Shown piece after piece: positions 40,506-50,000 of a stretch of 64,000 nucleotides of DNA (its first letter is position 1; each line of letters opens with the position of its first letter). The stretch is from an uncultured Pseudomonadota bacterium (GTDB lineage Bacteria; Chloroflexota; UBA5177; JAJPKF01). The translations under genes and the position numbers were made by a program. The notes under the pieces were generated by a model that saw only the letters and a list, made by a program, of their open reading frames with translations, was not told the origin of the DNA and ran no database searches. The DNA lies in NCBI GenBank assembly GCA_963836045.1, contig CAWIIC010000016.1:886-64885 (forward strand). Direction: 5' to 3'.

Positions 40506-42252
40506 TTACGGCCGCGCGGGAACGCTCATGTGCAGAACCTGTCCCCAACATCTAACGCCACCCGTGCTCAGGAGACCGCACGCGTAACCGTTGCCTTTGC
40601 TTCCCGGCTGCGACTGAGGAAACTTGTTGGCGGTTATCTCCGCGAACGTGTCCGACGGCGGTCGCGCCTGACCAGAAGAGTTGTTTCCCCAGCAACCCAC
40701 CTTGCCTCCGACCCTGATCGCGCAAGCGAAATTGTTGCCCGCGCTCACGGCGGTGAAGGAACCTGCCGGCACGTGCGCCTGCCCCTGACTCTTGTCACCC
40801 CAACACACTACCGAGCCGCGGACCTTCAGGCCGCACGCGAATCGATAACCCGCGCTTACCTGTGTGAACGCGCCGGACGGCGGGTGCGCCTGCCCCGATG
40901 AGTTGTTCCCCCAGCAGACCACCTTACCGCCCTTCTTGACGCCGCATCCATAGTTGTCTCCGGCGCTGATCTGTGTGAATATGCCCGATGGAGGCCTAGT
41001 CTGTCCGGCGGAGTTGCTGCCCCAGCAGACAATCGTGCCCCGGCTCCTCAAACCGCACGCAAAACGGCGTCCGGCAGTCACTTGGGCGAAGGCTCCGGCT
41101 GGCGGCTTCGCCTGGCCGTTCCCATTGCTTCCCCAGCATATGATCTGGCGGCTCGAGCCGAGCCCGCAAACAAAGGCGTATCCCGCGCTGACCTGAGTGA
41201 GCTTCACTGATGGCACCATGGCAAGGGCGTCGTTGGTGTACCCCCAACAGACCGAAGCTCCACCTCTCAGCCCGCAAGCAAACTCGTAGCCCGCGCTGAC
41301 CGCCATAAACGGTTCTGTCGGCACGATGGTTTGACCCTCGAGGTTGTTGCCCCAGCAGCGCACCGTCCCGTCAGTCGTGAGACCGCAAGCGAAATACGTC
41401 CATGAGCTCGTGCTCATCTGAGAGTACGATCCTGGTGGCACTTTCGACAGGATTCCCCAGCAGATTCCCATACCGCCCGACATCACGCCGCATGCGCTTC
41501 CGTCACCGGCGCTCACCTGCGTGAACGACCCCGAGGGAGCTTGTTCTACACCACTGGAGCTCGATCCCCAACATGTAACCGACCCTCCGGTGGCTATGGC
41601 GCACGCATTGTACTCACCCACGCTCACTTGCGTGTAAGTACCGGTAGTGGGTGAGTTCTGGCCCGCGATAGCCGTCTCCCCAGCAGACGATCGAGCCGCC
41701 GTTGCTCAACGCGCAGGCAGAAAATGAGGAACCTACACTGATCTGTGTGAATGTGCCGCTCGGGACGGATGTCACCACGGCGCCGCGCCCCCAGCAGACA
41801 ATCGAGCCCGAATTGTTCAACGCGCACGCATACCCGTTGCCGGCACTGACCTGCGTGTAGTTTCCCGCCGGAACCTTCTTGACGTTGGCGAAGTCACTTC
41901 CCCAGCACACCACCGAACCGTCTGTCCGAACCCCACACGTGAAAAAGACGCCCGAGCTGATCTGCTTGTAAGTCCCGGGCGGAACATTCGTTTGGCCATA
42001 TTCGGCATCACCCCAGCACAGCACTGAGCCGTCAGCCTTGAGCCCGCACGTCGTCTCAGCGCCCGCGCTGAGGCTGACGAAGCCGGTACCCGCTGCAACA
42101 TCCGAATCGTAGCTTGTCAGACCGCTCCTCCCAATAGAAACCCCCATGTTGTGGTGCAGGCCGCCTGCCACGGCCGCCGTCGGAACGGCGCCGGCCAGCA
42201 GAACACCCGCGATAACTGCGGCTGCAGAAAGGCCACGAAGCATCTTATTCAT
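40506..42252 (-). pseudogene. Secreted RCC1-like repeat protein (14 CWG units) split by one frameshift
   Basis: ORF 41614..42252 has the signal MNKMLRGLSAAAVIAGVLLAGAVPTAAVAG and 4 units. ORF 40506..41627 has 10 units with WGNNSSGQA-type RCC1 signatures. The reading joins as ...CWGDGYRG / QNSPTTGTYTQVSVGEYNACA near 41655-41670. Confidence 0.75.
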
Positions 42253-42618
42253 GACTGACTCCTCGACTCGGTAAAGGAAAACTGCGCCTGACCCAGGCTG
42301 AACCTATCGTTCGACCCACTCCTGGGGGATTGGACCAACCGAGGCTTGCACAGGTCGATGGAAAGTGGCATCGGGTGAAGACCCTATTTATTCGGCAAAA
42401 GTGGACCATCGTTGCCGGTATCGGCATTTCGTTCGGACCCTCCAAAGGCAGGCAATGGGGAAGATACTGCGTCGCGCGTTGGCCGAAGAGGATGCCAAGA
42501 CAAGAGCAACTAGAGGAAGATGACTGCAGTATCAAGGTGCTGACCGGGTAGCGTTGCCGGCCTGGCGGATGGTATGCATGAGCCCTTGCACGGTCACCTT
42601 AGGAGGAGGATTCATCAC

Positions 42619-42807
42619 ATGAAGGCATTTTGGGCAGCCGTCGGAGTCTTGGCCGTGATCATCCTCGCACAGTTCGTTTTTTTCACCCTGCAAGCAGGAG
42701 GTATCGGGCACGCTCCGATCATATCCTTCATCATCGTCATCGGCTTTGGGGCATTCTGGATGCTCGTGATCTACGCCATAATTGAGGCCGTAAAAGGTAG
42801 GGCGTGA
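42619..42807 (+). CDS. Small two-TM membrane protein (62 aa)
   Basis: ATG 42619 follows AGGAGGAGGA. MKAFWAAVGVLAVIILAQFVFF...PIISFIIVIGFGAFWMLVIYAII. Confidence 0.5.
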   Translation: MKAFWAAVGVLAVIILAQFVFFTLQAGGIGHAPIISFIIVIGFGAFWMLVIYAIIEAVKGRA

Positions 42808-42892
42808 TCAGTGTCGTCGGTCGAATGCTCTGGGGTCAGCTGTGGACCTAGAGGTTGCTAGTCTAAACGATACGACGATCACCCGGAATGCA

Positions 42893-43075
42893 CTGCGCCT
42901 CGGGTAAGGCAGATCACGCGCTGCGACATGCGCTGAGTGAGACCAATCAGTGGCAGCTGCGGTCTGAGGCAGGGAGAAGTGGTGTGCTGGTACCTCCCCA
43001 AAGGTGTCGTCAAGCCATTCCGTCCACTAGTCAGGCCGATGCTGTTCAGCGTTGCGGGAGATGACGGCGCAGGCT
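42893..43075 (+). pseudogene. Chimeric remnant of a paralog of the 38510 RCC1-like gene (leader fused to an internal blade)
   Basis: 42893-42940 resembles the upstream leader at 38395-38445 (GGCAG.TCACGCGCTG...GCGCTGAGTGAG). 42945-43070 resembles internal 39265-39395 (ATCAGTGGCA.CTGCGGTCTGAGG...TTCAGCGTTGCGGGAGAT). Confidence 0.6.
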
Positions 43076-43092
43076 TTGATGCCACCCGAACC

Positions 43093-43282
43093 CGGCTGGA
43101 ATCAACTCGGCAAACCAACCAGTTTTCCTGCCACGGAAGCCGCTTCAAGCCATCGAGCAGACTTCCCTGTAACTGGCACAAATTTGAGTGATTTAGCGCC
43201 CTGCCGCTATTTATGAAAACCTACCACCTCGCCACCCCCCTCACTGTGTGGTGAGGTGGTCAAATCAGTCCTTCTGCTCCTC
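43093..43282 (-). repeat. Copy 2 of the about 190-bp dispersed repeat (copy 1 at 15738-15928)
   Basis: See 15738-15928. Contains the hairpin CCACCTCGCCAC-N12-GTGGTGAGGTGG. Confidence 0.55.
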
Positions 43283-43362
43283 CGGATCCTCTGTCATCAG
43301 AGCCCAAACATGCTAAGCCGTTTATGACAGCCCGTCGATCCATCCAACCTCACTATGGTCAC

Positions 43363-44502
43363 TACTGGTTCGTAACTGAATTAACTGGACAATAGGTACC
43401 ATCCCCGTGTACGCTCCAGTATGTGGACCAAAGCATCGCCTCTCGCTCTCTCCGATGCCGACCGAGCGACCCTCGTCACCTGGGTTCGTGCTCACAACTC
43501 GCCGCAGAGCCTTGTGCTCCGTTCAAAGATCATCCTGGCCGCCGCCGACGGACTGGCAAACCACCGGATCGCATCCGATCTCGGCACAACCCGGTCGACC
43601 GTCTTGCTCTGGCGCAAGCGCTTCTCTTCGGGAGGACCAAGCGCTCTCACTGAGATCGCACCGGGTCGTGGCCGCAAGCGTTCAATCAGCCCGGATGACG
43701 TGGCCGCTGTGGTAGACGCAACTCTGCAGACCAAGCCCGCCGACGCGACCCACTGGAGTACCCGCAGCATGGCGAAGGAGGCGGGTGTCAGTCACCAAAC
43801 TGTCCATCGCATCTGGGATGCTCACAACCTTCATCCGCATCGGGTGCGAACCTTTAAGCTGTCTACCGACCGGCAGTTTCTCGAGAAGCTCACTGATGTA
43901 GTCGGTCTGTATCTCAACCCGCCGGATAAGGCAGTCGTCCTGTGTGTGGACGAGAAATCGCAGATTCAGGCACTCGACCGTACCCAGCCGACGCTCCCGA
44001 TGGTCCGCGGTCGGTGCCAGACGATGACCCATGACTACAAACGAAATGGGACCACGACCCTGTTCGCCGCTCTGAATGTTGCCGAGGGTACGGTGTTCGG
44101 TAACTGCGCACCGCGCCATCGCCATCAAGAGTTTTTGAGCTTCCTTCGCCGGCTGGATCGGGAGTTACCTAGTTCCGTCGATCTCCACCTCGTGCTCGAC
44201 AATTACGGCACCCACACCCACCCGAAGGTCAGAGAGTGGCTGGCAACTCACCCTCGCTTCTACTTCCACTTCACGCCCACCTCCTGCTCCTGGCTGAACC
44301 TCGTCGAGTGCTGGTTCAGCACGCTCACCCGCAAACGACTGAAGCGGGGGGCCTTCGGCAGCGTCCCGGAACTCATCGATGCTATCTCCGCCTTCATCCA
44401 GATGCACAACTCCGACCCCACGCCCTTCGTCTGGACCGCCTCTGTCCAGTCCATCCTTCGGAAGGTCGAACATTGTCAAGCTATTTCAGGAACGAACCAC
44501 TA
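43363..44502 (+). mobile_element. IS630-family insertion sequence with terminal inverted repeats and TA at both ends
   Basis: Left end TACTGGTTCGTAACTGAA (43363-43380). Right end TTCAGGAACGAACCACTA (44485-44502). 15 of 18 positions are complementary. TA at both extremities fits IS630/Tc1-type TA target duplication. Total size is about 1.14 kb. Confidence 0.8.
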
Positions 44503-44503
44503 G
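43421..44503 (+). CDS. IS630-family transposase (DDE)
   Basis: 360 aa, uninterrupted. N-terminal HTH regions, then VLCVDEKSQIQAL...HDYKRNGTTTLFAAL...LHLVLDNYGTHTHPKV..W...PRFYFHFTPTSCSWLNLVECWFS, typical of IS630. Confidence 0.9.
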   Translation: MWTKASPLALSDADRATLVTWVRAHNSPQSLVLRSKIILAAADGLANHRIASDLGTTRSTVLLWRKRFSSGGPSALTEIAPGRGRKRSISPDDVAAVVDATLQTKPADATHWSTRSMAKEAGVSHQTVHRIWDAHNLHPHRVRTFKLSTDRQFLEKLTDVVGLYLNPPDKAVVLCVDEKSQIQALDRTQPTLPMVRGRCQTMTHDYKRNGTTTLFAALNVAEGTVFGNCAPRHRHQEFLSFLRRLDRELPSSVDLHLVLDNYGTHTHPKVREWLATHPRFYFHFTPTSCSWLNLVECWFSTLTRKRLKRGAFGSVPELIDAISAFIQMHNSDPTPFVWTASVQSILRKVEHCQAISGTNH

Positions 44504-44687
44504 ATGCATGGACAGCAGCTGCCAACTGCCTCGATAGAATGGTGCTATCGGTCAGAATCCGATAGGTGAATGCCGGAGGTGCCGCTTTACCTCCCGTAAG
44601 TTGTCAGTCCCATCCGGACATTCCCCGTTGTAGGCAGTGGAAGGGATCCCGTCACGTATCCGCTCTTCGCTACGTAGGGTATGATGT

Positions 44688-44915
44688 ATGGCGATGAGGA
44701 AAACCACTGTCTACCTTCCCGACGACCTCCGTTCGGACATCAAGCGCGCTGCTAAAGTTAGCGGGCGGAGCGAGGCAGATTTGATCCGAGAAGGCATTCG
44801 CAGAGTCGTTGACGACACAGTGGCACCGCGGCCTACTTTGCCCCTCTTCGATAGCGGAGACCCTCATCTAGCGGATCGGGTTGATGAGTTGCTCATTGGC
44901 TTCGGCGAGGATTGA
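44688..44915 (+). CDS. vapB: Ribbon-helix-helix (CopG-like) antitoxin, VapB-type
   Basis: MAMRKTTVYLPDDLRSDIKRAAKVSGRSEADLIREGIRRVV. The stop overlaps the next gene's start (TTGA). Confidence 0.75.
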   Translation: MAMRKTTVYLPDDLRSDIKRAAKVSGRSEADLIREGIRRVVDDTVAPRPTLPLFDSGDPHLADRVDELLIGFGED

Positions 44916-45331
44916 TCCTTCTCGACACGAGCGGGTTGCTAGCCGCGCTCGATCGAAGCTCCTCTTCGGGAGCCGCTGCCCGAGCGCTCGTGGAAGCGGA
45001 AGACCGCCGCATCCTGTCACCATTTGTCGCAGCTGAGCTTGACTACCTCATTTGCACTCGATTCGGTCCACATGCCGAGCGCGCGTTCTTGTCCCAGCTG
45101 GCTTTAGGCGTGTACCAGTTGGCGACGTTCTCTGGCCCTGACCTCAGGGAGGCGCTGGAGATTATTGAGTCTCACGCCAACATTAATCCTGGACTTGCGG
45201 ACGCGTCGCTTGTGGTCCTCTCAAGACGCCTAAATTGCTTAAATCTGCTAACTCTGGACGAACGTCACTTTCGTGTTCTTAACGGAGCCGGTAAGAGGCC
45301 CTTCCGTATCCTCCCCGCCGACCGTGCCTGA
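44912..45331 (+). CDS. vapC: PIN-domain ribonuclease toxin, VapC-type
   Basis: MILLDTSGLLAALDR...SPFVAAELDYL...GLADASLVVLSRRL....LLTLDERHF. The acidic PIN residues are in the expected order. TTG start. Confidence 0.8.
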   Translation: MILLDTSGLLAALDRSSSSGAAARALVEAEDRRILSPFVAAELDYLICTRFGPHAERAFLSQLALGVYQLATFSGPDLREALEIIESHANINPGLADASLVVLSRRLNCLNLLTLDERHFRVLNGAGKRPFRILPADRA

Positions 45332-45522
45332 GGACCTCCCTCAATGGGAAAGGACTGGATACAGTTCACAATGCAACAAATCAGTTCGCGACCCTACCTT
45401 CCTACGCCGCGACCCTCCTACGTCGGAAAGTCTGAGCGAGGCAGTTAGCACTGCGGAACACCTGGTGAGAAGAGCTCGTGAATGGTCGCCGTTCGCCAAC
45501 CTGTCGGCCTGGTTGTATCCGA

Positions 45523-46038
45523 TCAGCCCATCGTTTTGGCGCCGTCGAGAGCTTCTCTGATTATGTCGGCGTGACCGGAATGTTGAGCCGTTTCAGCGAG
45601 TATGTGGAGCAGGGTCGTGCGCACCGACCATCTCGTTCCTGGCTTGAACCAGGGCGCGGGTGGAAGCTCGTGGTCATCGTCGAACGATGGAACGGTTCTG
45701 ACGATTTCGTCCGTCCGCTGAGCAACTCTTTCGTACTCGTCCAGCGCCCCTTGTAGTGTCTCAGTCTCGACCAGGCGGAAGGTCAATTTGTACTCTTCGG
45801 CGCTGCCCTGATCGATCTCGGAAAATGACGCAGCGCCCGATTCGATAAAGTTCGCCCACCGCGCCTCGACAAGGGCGACGTGTTTGATGATTCCCCCGAG
45901 GGTCAGCTCGCTGACGGTCGTCCGCTCCCGGGCTTGATCGTCGTTAAGATCGCGAACCGTGTAGCGTAGAAAACCGCGTTGCGCGGCTAAGGAACTGAGG
46001 AAGTCACTCCTCTCCCGGCTCAGTGACTCGTCACTCAT
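45523..46038 (-). CDS. DinB-family protein (DUF664 / mycothiol-transferase-like)
   Basis: Start set at ATG 46038. RGFLRYTVRDLNDDQARERTTVSELTLGGIIKHVALVEARW...LLHILAETAQHSGHADIIRE. Confidence 0.75.
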   Translation of the reverse strand: MSDESLSRERSDFLSSLAAQRGFLRYTVRDLNDDQARERTTVSELTLGGIIKHVALVEARWANFIESGAASFSEIDQGSAEEYKLTFRLVETETLQGALDEYERVAQRTDEIVRTVPSFDDDHELPPAPWFKPGTRWSVRTTLLHILAETAQHSGHADIIREALDGAKTMG

Positions 46039-46315
46039 CGAACTCTCCCATCTCATCCTCCTCCTATATAAGGTATAGCGGCTTCCCACTAAGCTCATAC
46101 GGTAGGGGACCCTCCTAATGTAGCCCTGTCCGGGCATGAGCCTCTATGAAGTCGCTCACACCCCCGGTCATAGCCAACCTGGCTAGAAGAGGGACGGAAG
46201 GCCATCCAGGAGCTGGTGGGCAGAGGCGACTCCGAGTTTCAGGTGGCGAGCGAAGCCGGCGTTCTGAACGGAGAATGTGCAGGCGGCGGCCGGGTGAGCC
46301 GGTATCGTGGTCTGG

Positions 46316-46551
46316 TTCTCAAAATGGCGCTCGAAGCCTTGCCTTCATTAGCCTTCCTGTACACGACGAACCACCCTGACCCGACCGCTATTTTCATGCT
46401 TGGTGGTGCCCATAGCCATGCGAGGCTAACTCGAAACTGCCGTTGAATCCTCCACGTAGACCATCACCGCGACTAGTGTGCTGAGTCTTCCAAGCCCGTG
46501 CGCTCGCGGTCGCTGGAACTGAAAACTGACAACTGAAAACTGACAACTCTC
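46316..46551 (+). repeat. Intergenic composite repeat, locus B: degraded type I unit (46316-46429), type II module (46430-46516), heptamer array (46517-46551)
   Basis: ...CTATTTTCATGCTTGGTGGTGCCCATAGCCATGCGAGGCTAA CTCGAAACTGCCGTTGAATCCTCCACG...GCGGTCGCTGG AACTGAA AACTGAC AACTGAA AACTGAC AACTCTC. Confidence 0.8.
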
Positions 46552-46552
46552 T

Positions 46553-46903
46553 GTGATCACCTTCACGCCGGCTGTGTCGGCCAGACGACGTACGAAAGAG
46601 CAGCTCTCGACATACGCTCTCATCAGGACCGAAACAGAATCACTCAGATTTCAGAAGGGCAACGGTGAAGTAGTGAGCGAATTCTATATGCACCCACAGG
46701 ACCGAGCGAAAGCCTACAACGCAAACACTGAAATCAAGATGAAGACATTGGTTCACCGGCAATCCTTGCGCGCCGCTGGCGAAGAGGCGAGAGCCGCCCG
46801 AAGAGCGGCGCGGGTCGACTCAAGGCGAGACCGCCGAGCCAGCAGCTGGCTACACAGCGCAGGCTCCTGGGCGAGGAAGCTTTTGCCCATGTCACAGACC
46901 TGA
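46553..46903 (+). CDS. Possible small Arg-rich hypothetical protein (weak)
   Basis: ORF in a locally AT-richer stretch, followed 30 nt later by the 46933-46961 hairpin. Internal ATGs at 46688 and 46739. No homology recognised. Confidence 0.2.
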   Translation: MITFTPAVSARRRTKEQLSTYALIRTETESLRFQKGNGEVVSEFYMHPQDRAKAYNANTEIKMKTLVHRQSLRAAGEEARAARRAARVDSRRDRRASSWLHSAGSWARKLLPMSQT

Positions 46904-46932
46904 CATAGCATTCACTTCTACTCCTCAAGGCT

Positions 46933-46961
46933 GGGCGGGACCTCTTCAAAAGGTCCCGCCC
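46933..46961. terminator. Perfect 10-bp GC-rich hairpin between convergent ORFs; likely intrinsic terminator
   Basis: GGGCGGGACC-TCTTCAAAA-GGTCCCGCCC. It lies about 70 nt past the stop of the minus-strand surface-protein gene (47030) and 30 nt past ORF 46553..46903. The flanking T-runs are weak. Confidence 0.5.
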
Positions 46962-47029
46962 TCCTTCTGCGAGCTGGCAAATGAATGGAGTCGGCCTCAC
47001 CTACGCTTTCCCCAGAAGTGCGAACAACC

Positions 47030-50000
47030 TCAAGGCCCCTGCACGATCACGCTCTGGCTCCCGCTTGTGGCGTCGCTCGTGCGGTCGCCGGCGTAGAGCC
47101 CCGCCACTTGCCATGTGCCGGCAGTGAGCGGGCCTCCTGTCGGAGTCGTCAGCGTGTCGCTGAAGCTGCCGTTCGTGTCGGTCTGTGCGATGTCGACCAC
47201 GGGCGCGGAACCGTCCGGCGGCGAATAGGTGATTCGGACAATGCGGTTGGCCAGCGGAGTCGGTCCCCCGGCGGGCGTGACGACGGTGCTGTCGAGTGTG
47301 CCCTGGCAGGAAATGTTGTTCGATCCCGATGAGGAGCACTGGAAGGACTGGAACTTCGTCGCCACTTTGACCGGGTTGACTGTCAGGTCGTAGGTCACTG
47401 TGCGGGTAGAGCCCGCGGACACTGGGTCGCTCGGGGCCGCCGTGATGGTGATCGGGTAGGTTCCCGCGGGTGTGGACGGTGATGTTCGAATGGTCAGTTT
47501 GGAGGACTTTCCGGCCAGCAGAGAGGCCGGCTTGAGGGAGGCAGTGGTCCCCAACGGCAGGCCGCGAATACCGAGCTTCATTCTCAGTAACCTGCCCGAA
47601 TACTGGCTGGTTTGCACCATAGCCGAGACGGATTGGCCCTGGAGTACCGACCCTCCGGAAGGGCCGACCGCGAGCGAGACGACGTTCTGGACCGGCGTGA
47701 CCGGCGGCTGAACCTTGTTGAATGAGCAGCCCTCGAGACAACTGGATCGCAGCGCGGCGAACAGGACCTCGGCCGCTTGACCGCGGGTCACGGCCCTGCG
47801 CGAAGCGTAGGTGTGGAACGCCTGCTTGAGGTAGCCCATCGCCACGCCCTTCTTGATCTTGAGGGTCTTGACGAGACCCGTGACCAGGGCGGCCTCAGTG
47901 ACCGGCAAGTTCTGTCCGCGGGACGACCCGAAGGTCAGGGTCAGCACCCGAGACGGCGCGAGATGCACCATGCCGCCCAGGGCGCCGGCGAGCTCGATCC
48001 TCGTGATCGCCGCTGAGGGCCTGAACGCGTCGTCGGCATTCGCGCTCATGTATCCCAGGTAGGTCAGGACGTCGATCGCTTGGCTCGCCGGGTCACCCGG
48101 GCGCACATCGACGAAGCGTTCGCGGCTGACGGCCTGCCCGTTGACCGTGCCGAGGTAATTGATCGCCAGGTATCGTTTGTAGGTGGCAAGCTTCCCAATC
48201 AAGCTGGGCGATCCCGGAGCGTTGGGATCCTGGTACATGAAGGTGCCGAAGGCCCGATCGAGGTAGACGTTCGCCTCGGGCTGTTGGGGCATCGGGTTGT
48301 GACACTTCGGGCAGCTCGGGCTGGCGGAAGTCGTGTTGTCGAAGTCATTGAGATCCACCGCCGCCGTGGTTTCCTGCGTGGTCGTGTTGGCCGTGGAGTC
48401 AGAGTACTTCGTGTCTTGAGAGTAATCCTCCGATGTCTGCTCCCCCGATGACAGCGTCATAGTCCCCTTCTCCGAGAGCCCGCCGTAGCTCTCAGTGAGG
48501 GTGAAGCCGCCGCCGACGTCGGTGGTATTCACGTCTGAGTATCCGCTCTTGGAGGTCAGGACCGTTCCGCTCCCCTGGGTTGTCTTGTTTGTGTTGTCCC
48601 AGGATTGGGAGAAGTCCAGCGGATTCTTCTCGTTGTACGGGTAGCTGGCTCCATAGCTCCCCACGTTGGGGGAGATTGGGATGCCGCGAGAGGTCTGGAC
48701 ATCCGCGCCCTGCCCTGCCCCGTAGAACGGGTCTAGCGCCAGCAAGTTGGCCGCTTCCTGCGACGTAAGCTCCACGCAGGAGTCCTCCGGAGTTTGGGGC
48801 GGCATGTCGTTGCATGAGGTCGGGTGGTACACCACGTTGCCGTTGTAGGTGATCTCCACCCCGCCGAACTGGATGAGGCACGGATCGACCCCGGCGCTCC
48901 ATTGACCGATACGGCAGTCCTCGAGCTGCAGTACCGAGACGTGGGCCAGCGTAGGTACCGCCGCCTTTGTGATCCACAACGATTGACCCGCGCTGACCTC
49001 GTAGACCCGGTACTGGGTATGAAGATTGAGCAGGAACTCGTCCTCCCAGAAGGGCTCGCCGGTGTACTGCGCTAGCCTCGACGGATGGATCAGGTCCCCT
49101 GTGGAGCAGTCCCAGCTCTGTCCGGTCTGCGCCGGCGGGGCGCAGGTCGAGCCGTCTCCCGGAACGAGGCTGTTGTCGGGGTTGTTGAAGGCCCAGGTGG
49201 TCTTGATCGCTGTAGTGTCGGTGGACTCGTCGGATGACGAGACTGTGCTGCCGAATCCCGCCACCGTGCTGTTGTCCCACTTATATGAATCGCTGAAATT
49301 CACGCCCAGGATGCCGGCGGTTATCGAATCCTCGAATTTGGCGCTGTTGGTCTGGGTGTCCTTGTAGTTGTCGCTGGTCGTGCTGTCGTTACTGAGCTTG
49401 TAATCCGTGCCGAAGCCGAGGTTGGTCGTGTATGACGCCTTGCTGAGGTCCCCGGTTGGGTGGTAGAGGATGGTGTATGGCTCGACCGTCATCTGGGCGT
49501 AGGCGACCGGTGCCCAAATCACGTTGAACCCCTTGGAAAATCCATTGGAGCTGCGGTACAAGGGAGTCCCGCCGTGACTGTCGGTCTCGGACACATACCA
49601 CTGAAAACGATACGTCGCGACGTGGTCCGAATTCGTCTGGCTCGAGTTCGGATCTGGAGCCTGGATTGTAAGGCCACCGTGCGCGGTGCCGTCCCCGCCG
49701 GGTGACGTCAGACTGTCCGACACGTAGGTGCTCGGCACGTCCTCCCAGTAGCCGGTGTTGCCGTCCCAGTTGGTGCACGTGCCGTACTTCTGACTGACGC
49801 CGCTCTCGACGTCACAGACCTGCAAGCTGGCGCCGTACCCCCCGGTGTCGCCCAAATTGCGGTACTGCCCGTTGGACCCCCAGGTGCCGCTCTGGTTCTC
49901 CGGAAACGAGCCGGACTGGTCATTGAAGTACGTGGCTATGTGAAATGTTTGGTTCGGCAGGGCAAAGGGGAGCGTGTCCGGAGGCTGGAACAGCTCCTCG

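Noticed and set aside
43363-43390. Similarity between the IS630 left end (CTGGTTCGTAACTGAATTAACTGG) and the heptamer arrays (GCTGGAACTGAAAACTG), suggesting the repeat family is an IS630-derived MITE.
   Set aside because: Only AACTGAA and CTGG are shared. The repeat loci lack a matching second inverted end, and all copies are unidirectional. The evidence is too weak to claim.
46517-46551. Heptamer arrays considered as a CRISPR or other spacer-repeat array.
   Set aside because: The period is 7 nt with no spacers, the total length is under 50 nt, and no cas genes are present. This is a microsatellite-like array, not a CRISPR.
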